Virus record (IMG/VR): IMGVR_UViG_3300009152_000003
Coordinates: 1-64,000 of that record
Length of the DNA stretch: 64,000 bases
Source: a virus
Direction: 5' to 3' (one strand)
Shown: positions 55,561 through 64,000 of the stretch, in pieces
Layout of the letters: every line of letters starts with the position of its first letter
Position numbering within the stretch: the stretch's first letter is position 1
Made by a program: the position numbers and the translations under genes
Notes under the pieces: model-generated
Told to the model about the DNA's origin: nothing
The model's input: only the letters and a program-made list of their open reading frames with translations
Database searches by the model: none

Positions 55561-56346
55561 ATGAATCTCTCACGCACCGCTTCTCACTTCCAGCGCGGCA
55601 TCCCTTTCTTCGGGCACGGCAATAGCAAGCTCCCCGACTCGACTCTCACTTTCGCACTGCCATCCGGTCACACCTGCCCGGGCGCCCTTCAGTGTCTGGC
55701 CTTGGCGGACCGTGAGACCGGCAAAATCACCGACGGCCCGCAGCAGACCTTCCGCTGCCACGAGGCCTCGATCGAAAACTTCCGCCCCAGCGTGCGCGCC
55801 AGGCGCTGGCAGAACTTTGAGATCATCCGCGGCCTCAACCCCAACGAAGTCACCGACCTCTTGCTCGCTGGCATCGGCCAGGCCCTCGATCACAAGAGCA
55901 CCCACTGTCGCTGGTTCGTCGGCGGCGATCTCTACTCGGTCGTCCTGCGGGACGCCATCTTCCAGGCCTGCCGCGAAACCAAGGACCTCACCCATTACTT
56001 CTACACCAAGAACCTGCCACTGCTTGCCCCCTCATACGAGCGGGTGATCGACCTACCCGACAACCTGCGGGTCGTGGCATCCTGGGGCGGCAAGTTCGAC
56101 TACCTCGCACCCCTCTTCCCCCGTACCGCCCGGGTGCTCCACACCCGCGCCGAAGCCGAACGCATGGGACTGCCGATCGACACCACCGACCGGCTGGCCT
56201 GGCAGGACGAACCTGTTCACTTCTGCCACCTCAGTCACGGCATGCAGCCCGCTGGCTCTCCGGTCCACGCGGCCATTGCCGCTCGGCGCAAAGAAGGCGA
56301 CTTCACGGGCTACGGATCCAAGCGCAAGAGACAGCTTGCTGCCTGA
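55561..56346 (+). CDS. GP88-family protein
   Basis: GNSKL..FALPSGHTCPGA..C..FRC..RWFVGGD..YFYTK..PDNL. Confidence 0.8.
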   Translation: MNLSRTASHFQRGIPFFGHGNSKLPDSTLTFALPSGHTCPGALQCLALADRETGKITDGPQQTFRCHEASIENFRPSVRARRWQNFEIIRGLNPNEVTDLLLAGIGQALDHKSTHCRWFVGGDLYSVVLRDAIFQACRETKDLTHYFYTKNLPLLAPSYERVIDLPDNLRVVASWGGKFDYLAPLFPRTARVLHTRAEAERMGLPIDTTDRLAWQDEPVHFCHLSHGMQPAGSPVHAAIAARRKEGDFTGYGSKRKRQLAA

Positions 56347-56553
56347 CTCCATCGAGATCACCAGCCACTGCCTGTTGCGCCTCACCACCGCTCTGGCCCT
56401 GGAAGCAGCGGGACTCCCCCACGGGTTCCCGCTCGCTGCCCTGGAGCTCAACCAGCAAAGCGGCCGCACCCTCTGCGCCCAGCAGTGGCTGCAGATCCTC
56501 GAGCCTGCCTACCTCCAACGCTTCTCACCTAACGACCCCAACTACCACCTCGT

Positions 56554-57005
56554 ATGACCAGCTCCACCAAGCCAAACAACGCCTATTCCGTTGTTTGGGA
56601 ACGCCCCTGCGGGCGCTTTGGCTTTGTCGGTATCGAAGAGTGCGCCTCCTGCGAAGAGGCCGCCACGCACTTCTACGATCACGTCCGCGGCAAGGGCCCT
56701 AAAGTCCCGGCCGATGCACAGATCTCAGTCGTTCGCCTGGTCGCTACCAACTGATCTCTATGGACACCGTCACCTACCGCGTCGAAGCCCACGATGGCAG
56801 CAGCTGGGGCTTTGGGATCCGCATGAACCCCAACAGCAGGTTGCCCGAGTTCTGCTCTCTGGGCGACGCCGATCGTTTCGGCAGCCGCGACGACGTCTTT
56901 GACCTGGCGGACGCCGCGGCTCGCCTCTGCGGTGGCACCCTCCGTGTCATCCAGCTTCGTGACCACGGAGGCCTGGTCGAGGTCCAGGCCGTGCCGATCG
57001 CATGA
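56554..57005 (+). CDS. Two small hypothetical genes (56554-56754, 56760-57005)
   Basis: ORF spacing and codon bias. Confidence 0.55.
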
Positions 57006-57011
57006 GCTAAC

Positions 57012-57191
57012 TCAGCGGTCGTGTTCCAGATCCCGCAGGCGGCCCTCGTGGTCAGTCAGCATTTTTTGGATGCCCTCCAGGATGGTCCCGGTCCTTGCTT
57101 CAAAGCGACCCAGGCCATTGGCGATTTTCCAAAGGGCCACGACGCCAGAGCAGCCAAGGGCTCCAAGCGCAATGATCGCTTCCGGGCCCAT
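57012..57191 (-). CDS. Small single-TM + coiled-coil protein (holin/XhlA-like)
   Basis: MGPEAIIALGALGCSGVVALWKIANGLG..DHEGRLRDLE; TAGGAT -10 upstream. Confidence 0.55.
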   Translation of the reverse strand: MGPEAIIALGALGCSGVVALWKIANGLGRFEARTGTILEGIQKMLTDHEGRLRDLEHDR

Positions 57192-57308
57192 CGTTCGCTG
57201 CGACAAATGCACTGGAGCCATCCTACGAAGACCAGGCTGGCGAAACCGTGCATCGTGCTAGCCCTGGCATGCGCGATGCACTACCTTCGTGGTCCCTGGG
57301 CGCCTCCT

Positions 57309-57950
57309 ATGCGGCTGACCTTCAACTCCGCTCTGCTCGCCTACGCCGCCAGCTTCACTGGCAAGTTTGGCTCTGATCAGGGGATTGAGGTCACGCCCCT
57401 GCGCGCCGGTGAGCCCGAATCCGGCGTCACTGTCGCGGCCTTCAATCGCGGCGCAATCGGCATGATCGGCTACGACCCAGACGGCAAGGCCGACAGCAGC
57501 GCCCTGGTTTTCCCCGACTCCGCTTTGGTCAAAGCGGCCAACGGCATCAAGACCGCCGGACGTGACGTCTGTATCGAAGGCGATGACCTGACGGCGCTAT
57601 CCGCCCGGGTCACCACCTACTACAAGGAGCACAACACCTTCAAGGACTTCACGGTTCGCGCTTCCCTCGAGCTCCCCTCCTACCGCCCTGCAATCGCAGC
57701 GGCCCTTAAGTGCTGGGGCAGCACCCCTGAAACTTCCACGACGGCCGGGCGCTACGACCTCAGCTTGCTACTGCCGGCCATCAAAGCCATGGTCGATGAC
57801 AGTGACTCCCTGGTCCTCTCCGGTTACCACGGCGGCCCCTTGCGGCTGCAGCGAGAGGACCTCCAGATGGTCGTTCTGTTGATGCCACAGACTGCCTTGC
57901 CGATTCCTGCCGCACCGGACTGGCTCGGTCAGTACGCACACGCTCGATAG
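57309..57950 (+). CDS. DNA sliding-clamp (beta subunit)-like protein
   Basis: GIEV..VAAFNR and YDLSLL..GPLRL..VVLLMP terminal pattern. Confidence 0.5.
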   Translation: MRLTFNSALLAYAASFTGKFGSDQGIEVTPLRAGEPESGVTVAAFNRGAIGMIGYDPDGKADSSALVFPDSALVKAANGIKTAGRDVCIEGDDLTALSARVTTYYKEHNTFKDFTVRASLELPSYRPAIAAALKCWGSTPETSTTAGRYDLSLLLPAIKAMVDDSDSLVLSGYHGGPLRLQREDLQMVVLLMPQTALPIPAAPDWLGQYAHAR

Positions 57951-58014
57951 ATCTTCCGCGGTGCTTGCCAAGGCGCACACGCCGCTTAAGCTGGCGTGCC
58001 CTTCGCACAGCACC

Positions 58015-58695
58015 ATGAGCTATGCCTCATCCATCGTTGCCCTGAGCGAGAAGCCCCAGGCCCACACCGTCGACGGCAAGGACTACCTGCAAGCCGCTGG
58101 GGCCATCTGCGGGCAGGACCAAGTCAGCGTGCTGCTACGCGCCTACGCCGACAGCGTGGCCGCCAAAGCCTTGGCTGAGAAAACTTCCGGCGATCGCTTG
58201 ATCGTTTCAGGAGAAACCTCCCTTCATCAGCCGGACAACGACCTGCCGATCATCATGGCTTCGGTCGTCTCCAATGCCAGCGATGACCAGTACCTCAACG
58301 AGGTCGTCATCGTCGGCCGGCTCGGCACTGAGGCCAAGGACGCCGAATCGGGCAAGAGCACCCGGCGATCCGTCGCTGTAAACCGTTTCTTCCGCAGTCC
58401 AGATCCCGCTGTTACCGAGCCGGTCGAGGTCACCGACTGGTTCTCGATTCGCGCCTACGGCTTCACAAAGGACCGGCTCGCTGGCGCTGATGTCGGCGCT
58501 CTGGTCGAGATCAATGGCTGCTTCACGCAGATGACCAACGCAACCGGCAAGCCCTACGTCGAGGTCAAAGCTCGCATGGTTCGCGTCCACCGCGGCTCCA
58601 AGGGCGGCAGCAACCCTGCTGCTGGCACCAGCGCCGTCGGCTACGACCACGAGTCGTTCCAAGGCCAACCTGACGAGTGCCCGGCTGCCTGGTAA
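58015..58695 (+). CDS. ssb: Single-stranded DNA-binding protein with tandem OB folds
   Basis: YLNEVVIVGRLG..VAVNR..TDWFSIRAYG..GALVEING, preceded by a second OB-like domain. Confidence 0.8.
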   Translation: MSYASSIVALSEKPQAHTVDGKDYLQAAGAICGQDQVSVLLRAYADSVAAKALAEKTSGDRLIVSGETSLHQPDNDLPIIMASVVSNASDDQYLNEVVIVGRLGTEAKDAESGKSTRRSVAVNRFFRSPDPAVTEPVEVTDWFSIRAYGFTKDRLAGADVGALVEINGCFTQMTNATGKPYVEVKARMVRVHRGSKGGSNPAAGTSAVGYDHESFQGQPDECPAAW

Positions 58696-58741
58696 TTCAG
58701 GTAAGCCTCGTCCCAGTTTTCAACAAACCCGCCCCCTACCC

Positions 58742-59443
58742 ATGTCGATCTTCCCCGCCAACTACGTCGCTACCAACCAAGAGGACCCCGCGGTTCCCGC
58801 CAAATACTTCGAGCTCAAGAAGCTCGCTGACGGCGAAACCACAACCATTCGCCTTTGCGGCACCGCCGACACCGGCCACTGCATTGCCGGGTACCAATAC
58901 TTCACGACGGAAGGTAAGCCGCGGCGCTTCCCCACCTTCCCCAAGAAATACATGGACGACATCGGCCTGACCTTTGAGGCCAAGAAGACCGGCGGCACCG
59001 AGAAAGCCTCCCCGACTTTCTTCCTGGCCTGGGCCTGCAAGCGCAAAGAAGCCGACGACTACCAGGTTTTTGACATCGGTCAGCTCAAGGTGAGGGAAGC
59101 CATCGAGGCCATTCTCAACATCGAAGACTACACCATTGAAGTTGGCGAGATGGCCAATTTTTATCTAACTATTACCCGCCGCGGCCAGAAGCTTGAGACG
59201 AAGTACGACGTCACCCCGGTGCTCAAGGCCCCCAGCGCGGCCGAGATGAAGCACTGGCGCAGTCGGGCTGATTCCATCTGGCTGCCAGCGCTCTTTGAAG
59301 GGGGCGATCCCTTCGAGGGCCGGCCAGCCGGGTCAAAAGCTCCATCCCACGAGCCCCTAACCCGCCGCGATGAGTTAGGCGCCGACGAAGACCTTCCTCA
59401 ACCTGTGAGCCAGGCCACAGTGCTTCCGGCCGCTGGGTGGTAA
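58742..59443 (+). CDS. gp32-like ssDNA-binding protein
   Basis: KLADGE..IRL..QVFDI.Q..LTITR.G..LETKYDV.P; acidic tail. Confidence 0.6.
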   Translation: MSIFPANYVATNQEDPAVPAKYFELKKLADGETTTIRLCGTADTGHCIAGYQYFTTEGKPRRFPTFPKKYMDDIGLTFEAKKTGGTEKASPTFFLAWACKRKEADDYQVFDIGQLKVREAIEAILNIEDYTIEVGEMANFYLTITRRGQKLETKYDVTPVLKAPSAAEMKHWRSRADSIWLPALFEGGDPFEGRPAGSKAPSHEPLTRRDELGADEDLPQPVSQATVLPAAGW

Positions 59444-59559
59444 CGACCTGATTACCTGTGCGCAGGGGGCAAGCCTTGCCGCAATGTCCACCCTGCGCAC
59501 ACCAAGTTCCCCGCTTCGTGTACACTCTTACCCCCCAGACTTTTTTTTTTATAGGCTAT

Positions 59560-59913
59560 ATGAGCGCAATCGTTGCCCATTCGTTTGATCGAGCCTGGCA
59601 AGACCTTGCTCCTATCCCTACTCATCGCGCCCTTCGCGATGTTCTTGCTCTTCAGTTGGGATCCCCTTCTTTCGCGGTCCCTGTGGCCCATCCGGACAAT
59701 GAAGGGGCCAAGGCCTACGCCCAGGTGCTTTTCCTGCCATCGACCGCTTCACCTGAGGCGACGGACGCAGCCTTCCGCCAGCTTCGGGACGCGGGCCGCC
59801 TGATTGCCGCAGCCGGGCGCATCGCCGTTTCCTGTCCCCACAACCTCACTGCGTACCTTGTCTTGCGACCCGACGATCCTGCTTGCTCTGCAGCGTGCCA
59901 CCAGGGGCTCTGA
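59560..59913 (+). CDS. Hypothetical protein
   Basis: Start MSAIVA, preceded by a T10 tract. Confidence 0.5.
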   Translation: MSAIVAHSFDRAWQDLAPIPTHRALRDVLALQLGSPSFAVPVAHPDNEGAKAYAQVLFLPSTASPEATDAAFRQLRDAGRLIAAAGRIAVSCPHNLTAYLVLRPDDPACSAACHQGL

Positions 59914-60017
59914 TGTCAGGGCCATCAAAGAGCGCCATGATCATGAGAGTGTCAACAGCGCTTGGCAGCAGCTGAGCCCTGCTGAGCGCGGCGCCTTGCT
60001 CCTCTGCCGGCAATTCG

Positions 60018-60473
60018 ATGGAACCGTCATCACCGACCCAGAAGGGCCTCTCCCCGAAGCCAGTCCCTACGGAGCTCAGCGAGCTGACCAGGATTCGTGA
60101 GCAGCTCACCGTCCTTGTCGACCAGGGGCAGCGGCAGGGTGAGCAACAACGGCAGATTGCCCAGAGCCTGACAGAAGTCGTACGCCTACTTGAGGGCTTT
60201 ACATCCGGCGGCTCCTCGTTTCAGGCCTACCAAGTCAGCCCCATGGTGCTGGTGTATTCCGCCATCCTGGGGCCGATCCTGGGCGATCGCATCGATGGCC
60301 TGCGCCCCAAGGAAGGCGACTACCTCGATGAGATGACCAAGGGCGCTGCTGTCATGGCTCGCCAACTCCTGCGCACCCTTGATGCTTATCAAGGCGAGCG
60401 AGGAACTCTTGACTACCTCGAAGCCAACTGCGGCGACATCAAGCCACCCGATCAGCCAGCGACCAACGGCTGA
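60018..60473 (+). CDS. Hypothetical coiled-coil protein
   Basis: 151 aa. Confidence 0.55.
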   Translation: MEPSSPTQKGLSPKPVPTELSELTRIREQLTVLVDQGQRQGEQQRQIAQSLTEVVRLLEGFTSGGSSFQAYQVSPMVLVYSAILGPILGDRIDGLRPKEGDYLDEMTKGAAVMARQLLRTLDAYQGERGTLDYLEANCGDIKPPDQPATNG

Positions 60474-60556
60474 TACGTTTCCTGACGGCAGCAAACACTG
60501 CCGTCTCAATTCTTGTCTCTCAGGTCTCGCTACATTCTCTGAAAGGAGAGGCGAGA

Positions 60557-61381
60557 TTGAAGCAGCTGACCCGGTTCGAAATTGACGGCGTCCGCCACTA
60601 CCGGACCGGCGACCGGCCTGACTGCGCCTACCCTTCTGTCACCGCCATCCTCGGCAAGACCGCCAGCGCTCGCTCTAAGCAGACGCTTGAGCAGTGGAAC
60701 ATCAAGAACCCAGGCGGCAAAGAGGCCGCCGCCCAGCGCGGTTCGATCATCCATAAGGCTTGCGAAGATCATCTCCGCGGCAAGGCCGTGGACGTCCCAA
60801 CCGATCTCACCCCTTACTGGGACGGCGTCGCTCCTCACCTCGACACCTACGACTACTTCACCTGGTCAGAGAAACCGCTCCGGCCGGACTGGTCGTTCTG
60901 CATCGGCGAAGACGGCATCTCCCGCATCTGGTCTCACGAGCACAAGTTCTGCGGCTGCCCTGACATCGTCGGCGTTCGCGGCGGCATCGTCACCCTCGCT
61001 GACGTTAAGTCCAGCAATGGCCCCTACTGCCGCTACTTCCCCAAGGGCGAAGAGAACGGCGTCCCCCGTGAGAACTACGGCGGCTGGATGAAATTCAACA
61101 AGTGTGCCCTCCAGCTGGGCGCCTATGCGATCGCCCTCGAGGAGACCCTGGGGATCTCGGTCGAGATGGCCCAGATCCTGGTCACCACACCCAAGACCAC
61201 CCAGAGCTTCCTGCTTCGCGGTCACGAGCTCCACTCCTGGCGCTACAAGTGGACCCAGCGGGTCGCCGACTACTACCAAATCATCGACCGTGAGAAGGAG
61301 CTTGCAGCCCTGGGGCTCGATCCATCAAGCACTCTGGAGCTTCCTTCTAGCATGAGCCAGAAGCTTCTGGTCACTGCATGA
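60557..61381 (+). CDS. PD-(D/E)XK exonuclease
   Basis: YPSVTAIL..RGSIIH..E..GCPD..ADVKS..LQLGAYA. Confidence 0.85.
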   Translation: MKQLTRFEIDGVRHYRTGDRPDCAYPSVTAILGKTASARSKQTLEQWNIKNPGGKEAAAQRGSIIHKACEDHLRGKAVDVPTDLTPYWDGVAPHLDTYDYFTWSEKPLRPDWSFCIGEDGISRIWSHEHKFCGCPDIVGVRGGIVTLADVKSSNGPYCRYFPKGEENGVPRENYGGWMKFNKCALQLGAYAIALEETLGISVEMAQILVTTPKTTQSFLLRGHELHSWRYKWTQRVADYYQIIDREKELAALGLDPSSTLELPSSMSQKLLVTA

Positions 61382-61596
61382 ACAGCCCGCAACAAGGCGC
61401 CGCCCCCAACGATCGCCAGGGTGTGCTCAACAAGCACAAGGACCGGGCCAAGAAGATGATGCGCCGCGGCAAGGACGGTCAGCCCGTCGGGCAGGAGCAA
61501 GGCGACCCCAACCTTCAGGCCGGCTATCGCCCCGGGCAGCGACCCAACCAGCGATCCATGCCGCAGGGGCAACAGCGGCCTGCTCGGGGGCGCTGA
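61378..61596 (+). CDS. Small basic Gln/Gly-rich protein
   Basis: 72 aa, ATGA coupling. Confidence 0.5.
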   Translation: MNSPQQGAAPNDRQGVLNKHKDRAKKMMRRGKDGQPVGQEQGDPNLQAGYRPGQRPNQRSMPQGQQRPARGR

Positions 61597-61641
61597 GTCA
61601 TAAACACGCGTTTCGCAGGCAGCGACCCAGACCTTCACGCA

Positions 61642-61974
61642 TTGACTGTCAACACTCTCGCTCAGCTGGGGCTGGGGGCTACCAACCTCTACGGCGCAGC
61701 CGACCTCTTCATGGGCGATACCGACGGGTCGAACTCTGGAGAGATTCCTCTCAACTTGTTCATCTCCCTACTGCCCTACGCAACCGCCACAGGAGGCGCT
61801 CTTGCCGGAGCTCACTCAGTCAGGCCCCGTTCTGTTGGCAGTCTCCTTGAAATCGAGCGCCTCGAACGTCAGAGCGCCCGTCGCGGTGCCTATGGCGCCC
61901 TGGCCGGTGCCATCGCAGGCGGGATCCCGGCCGTCATGATGATGCGAGATCAGGAGCAATCGCAACGTGTGTGA
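61642..61974 (+). CDS. Glycine-zipper hypothetical protein
   Basis: GAYGALAGAIAGGIPA. Confidence 0.5.
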   Translation: MTVNTLAQLGLGATNLYGAADLFMGDTDGSNSGEIPLNLFISLLPYATATGGALAGAHSVRPRSVGSLLEIERLERQSARRGAYGALAGAIAGGIPAVMMMRDQEQSQRV

Positions 61975-62054
61975 CCGCTTCGCTGGGGCTGCCTGACACG
62001 GCTTGCGATCCGCTTCCCTACCCTGTAGAACACCTCTGCGTCTCAAGCTGTTTC

Positions 62055-62288
62055 ATGGACGACCCCAAAAAGCCTTCCCGCTCTTTTGATCTCAACATCG
62101 AAGTCGCCACCAGCGGTTTGACAATTGTCTTGGTCTCGGCCATCGTTGCCGCCGGTAGCTACGGCTGGGGCTGCAACATCGGCAAGCTCATGAACAACAG
62201 CTGCGGTCAGGGCAACTACGGTTGCCTGATCGTCCGCGGCGCTGGCATCCCCATCGTGCCGGTTGGTGCCGTCGCTGGCTACTTCTGA
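62055..62288 (+). CDS. Small membrane protein
   Basis: Two hydrophobic segments; YGWGCNIGKL..RGAGIPIVPVGAVAGYF. Confidence 0.6.
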   Translation: MDDPKKPSRSFDLNIEVATSGLTIVLVSAIVAAGSYGWGCNIGKLMNNSCGQGNYGCLIVRGAGIPIVPVGAVAGYF

Positions 62289-62303
62289 TCGCCAGGCAGC
62301 TGC

Positions 62304-62630
62304 TCAACCCCCGTCCGCGGCGGCGGGGGATTCCAACCATTCCCTGATCACTCCCTCCCTGGTGACGCAGTGAAACGGCTGATCTGCGTACCACTGCCAG
62401 ACATCGCAGTGGTTCTTTGAGACGTTGCAAGGAGCGCAGGCTGGTACCAAGTTCCCCTTCTGCGTTGTCCCGGCCTTGGCCTTAGGCACGACATGATCGA
62501 GCGTGATCTTCTCGGGCCGGCAGCCGCAGTAGGCGCAGCACCCGTCCCAGGCGTTGATGATCTCTCGCCTGAAGCTGTTCTTGGTGACACGTTTTGAGAC
62601 CAGCTCCGACCCTTCGATTCTGTGAGACAC
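62304..62630 (-). CDS. HNH endonuclease
   Basis: CAYCG..TLDHVVPK..NLVPAC..CN..K. Confidence 0.9.
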   Translation of the reverse strand: MSHRIEGSELVSKRVTKNSFRREIINAWDGCCAYCGCRPEKITLDHVVPKAKAGTTQKGNLVPACAPCNVSKNHCDVWQWYADQPFHCVTREGVIREWLESPAAADGG

Positions 62631-62703
62631 AGGCTTCCGTCTCGCTGGTTGTCAGGCGCCAGCCCAGGCTAACGAGGGCGACCCATGCACTTCTCCATGG
62701 GTC

Positions 62704-62988
62704 TCACCAGCTCCAGTGACAACTCCAATACCCCGGCGTGGTCTTATCGTTCTTCTCGCTGCAATTGTGGCGTGACTTGAAATTCGCCCTGCGATCCTCA
62801 TCGCCATGGCCGCCCTTGCCGCCCGGGCCGTTGCGGTAGTTCTGCATCGACGGATCCCCGAAGCGCACAATCTTCTGATCACCGTCGTTGTCCTTGACCA
62901 GCACGGCGAACTTCTTGTTCTCGCCAGGCGTGCGCTTGGGCTGGTTGTAGCCCTGAAAGATCTCGCCGGCGTAGCGGATGCTGGCCAT
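62704..62988 (-). CDS. DUF6321-like small basic phage protein
   Basis: KKFAVLV..IVRFGD..RRANFKSRHNC..GYWSC; start MASIRY. Confidence 0.7.
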   Translation of the reverse strand: MASIRYAGEIFQGYNQPKRTPGENKKFAVLVKDNDGDQKIVRFGDPSMQNYRNGPGGKGGHGDEDRRANFKSRHNCSEKNDKTTPGYWSCHWSW

Positions 62989-63116
62989 CAGCCGCGCCCC
63001 TCCTTCACTGGCACACAGTTCGGCACCTGGCGGCCGTCTTTGATCTTCGTGCCGATCGCTTCGTAGCCCTTCCAGCAGGCGGCGGCGAGCTTGTCTCCGG
63101 CTTTTCGGATGGCCAT
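62988..63116 (-). CDS. 42-aa CWKGY..VPNCV peptide, absent from the ORF track
   Basis: MAIRKAGDKLAAACWKGYEAIGTKIKDGRQVPNCVPVKEGRG. Confidence 0.7.
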   Translation of the reverse strand: MAIRKAGDKLAAACWKGYEAIGTKIKDGRQVPNCVPVKEGRG

Positions 63117-63118
63117 GG

Positions 63119-63958
63119 TCAGCTTGCTCCCAGCTGGCGCAGCTGGCGCTCCAGCTCCTCGATGCGCCGGTCCTTCGGCGACTGCATGCCCAGGGCGCTG
63201 GCCAGGGCGCCGCCTGCGGCCATGCCGCCGATGATCCCGATCTCGTCACCAATGAAGCGACCGGCAAACCTGCCGACATGCTCACCGGTTACAGGCTCAG
63301 CTCGCTGTCTGAGGGAGGCCATGGCGTCAGCCACGTCGAAGCCAAGAAAGTCGCGAACCTTTTCGGCGCCGTCGGGATCCTCCTCCATCACGCTGCGCGC
63401 AGACTTTTCTGCCCTTTCGAGATATTCGTCAAGGTTGTCAGCGGCCATGTTGCCAGCAGCCTTTTCGGCCCGGGAGTAGTTGTCAAGGATCGTGTCAACG
63501 AACTGCTTACGCTGCTCCGGCTTCATCCTGCCCATGGCCTCGACGGCCTGCGTGCCAAGGCCGCCCATCTTCAGGGCAGGCTCGAGACGCATGAACTCAT
63601 CACTGCTCAGGCCGTACTTGCCGGCGAAGCTGACGGGGTCGGCCGCAGCGTGCCTCATCATCTCGGCTGAGCCCTGGCTTCTTAGGCCGTCTTCGATCGT
63701 GCTTCGGTACGAGCGGAGCTGATCGCCAAACCCTGCGGCTGTCGTTTCTGATCCCATCAACCGAGAGATGGTCGCCACTGGCCCAAGCTGATCCTTCAAC
63801 TCCTCTTTGTGAAACCTTTTGCCCAAGCGCGCGCCCAGCCGGCGACCGAGCGCGCCGACTCCGATACCGCCCGCGATGGCCGTTGCCGTCTGCAGAGCCG
63901 TCTGTCCAAGGGACTGGTCAGCAGCAAGGCCGGGTAGTCCTGCCATCAGGCCGCCCAT
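63119..63958 (-). CDS. Glycine-zipper protein, probably 5'-truncated by the window edge
   Basis: Two GxxxG hydrophobic segments; the frame appears open to the window end. Confidence 0.55.
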   Translation of the reverse strand: MGGLMAGLPGLAADQSLGQTALQTATAIAGGIGVGALGRRLGARLGKRFHKEELKDQLGPVATISRLMGSETTAAGFGDQLRSYRSTIEDGLRSQGSAEMMRHAAADPVSFAGKYGLSSDEFMRLEPALKMGGLGTQAVEAMGRMKPEQRKQFVDTILDNYSRAEKAAGNMAADNLDEYLERAEKSARSVMEEDPDGAEKVRDFLGFDVADAMASLRQRAEPVTGEHVGRFAGRFIGDEIGIIGGMAAGGALASALGMQSPKDRRIEELERQLRQLGAS

Positions 63959-64000
63959 CGTTCCTTCGAGGACCTCTTCTCCAAGGGGGTCAGTGAACAG

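Noticed and set aside
59541-59550. T10 tract as a phase-variation switch
   Set aside because: Intergenic homopolymer with no frame to shift and no evidence of length variation from a single sequence
60557-61381. Cas4 / CRISPR adaptation gene
   Set aside because: PD-(D/E)XK motifs without the Cas4 C-terminal Cys cluster; no array or cas1

Overview
The window is part of a high-GC temperate tailed-phage genome, most likely a podovirus-like phage of a freshwater/picocyanobacterial host (inferred from the integrase motifs, the tRNA-Thr(GGT) att core, TAGNNT -10 boxes, pyrimidine-rich leaders and HIP1 octamers). It has two divergent blocks. 1-36 kb, mostly minus strand: tail fibres, an integrase/attP cassette inside the tail cluster, an N4-gp56-like major capsid, scaffold, portal, terminase, an L,D-transpeptidase-family lysin, a PAPS-reductase-family gene and many low-complexity or glycine-zipper candidate ejection proteins. 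36.6-62 kb, mostly plus strand and C-rich: many small early genes plus recombination/replication accessories (three SSB-like proteins, Gp157, DUF932, GP88, a clamp-like protein, a PD-(D/E)XK nuclease). I recognised no DNA polymerase, helicase, RNA polymerase or CI repressor, so the genome probably extends beyond the window. The most striking signal is an invariant 15-mer, CACTCAGCAGTGCAC, found seven times, always intergenic, always on the + strand ahead of early transcription units, and usually inside a covarying hairpin. A tandem pair of degenerate LAGLIDADG-fold genes divergent from the capsid gene is a candidate reader of it. All family assignments come from motif recognition by eye; no searches were run.
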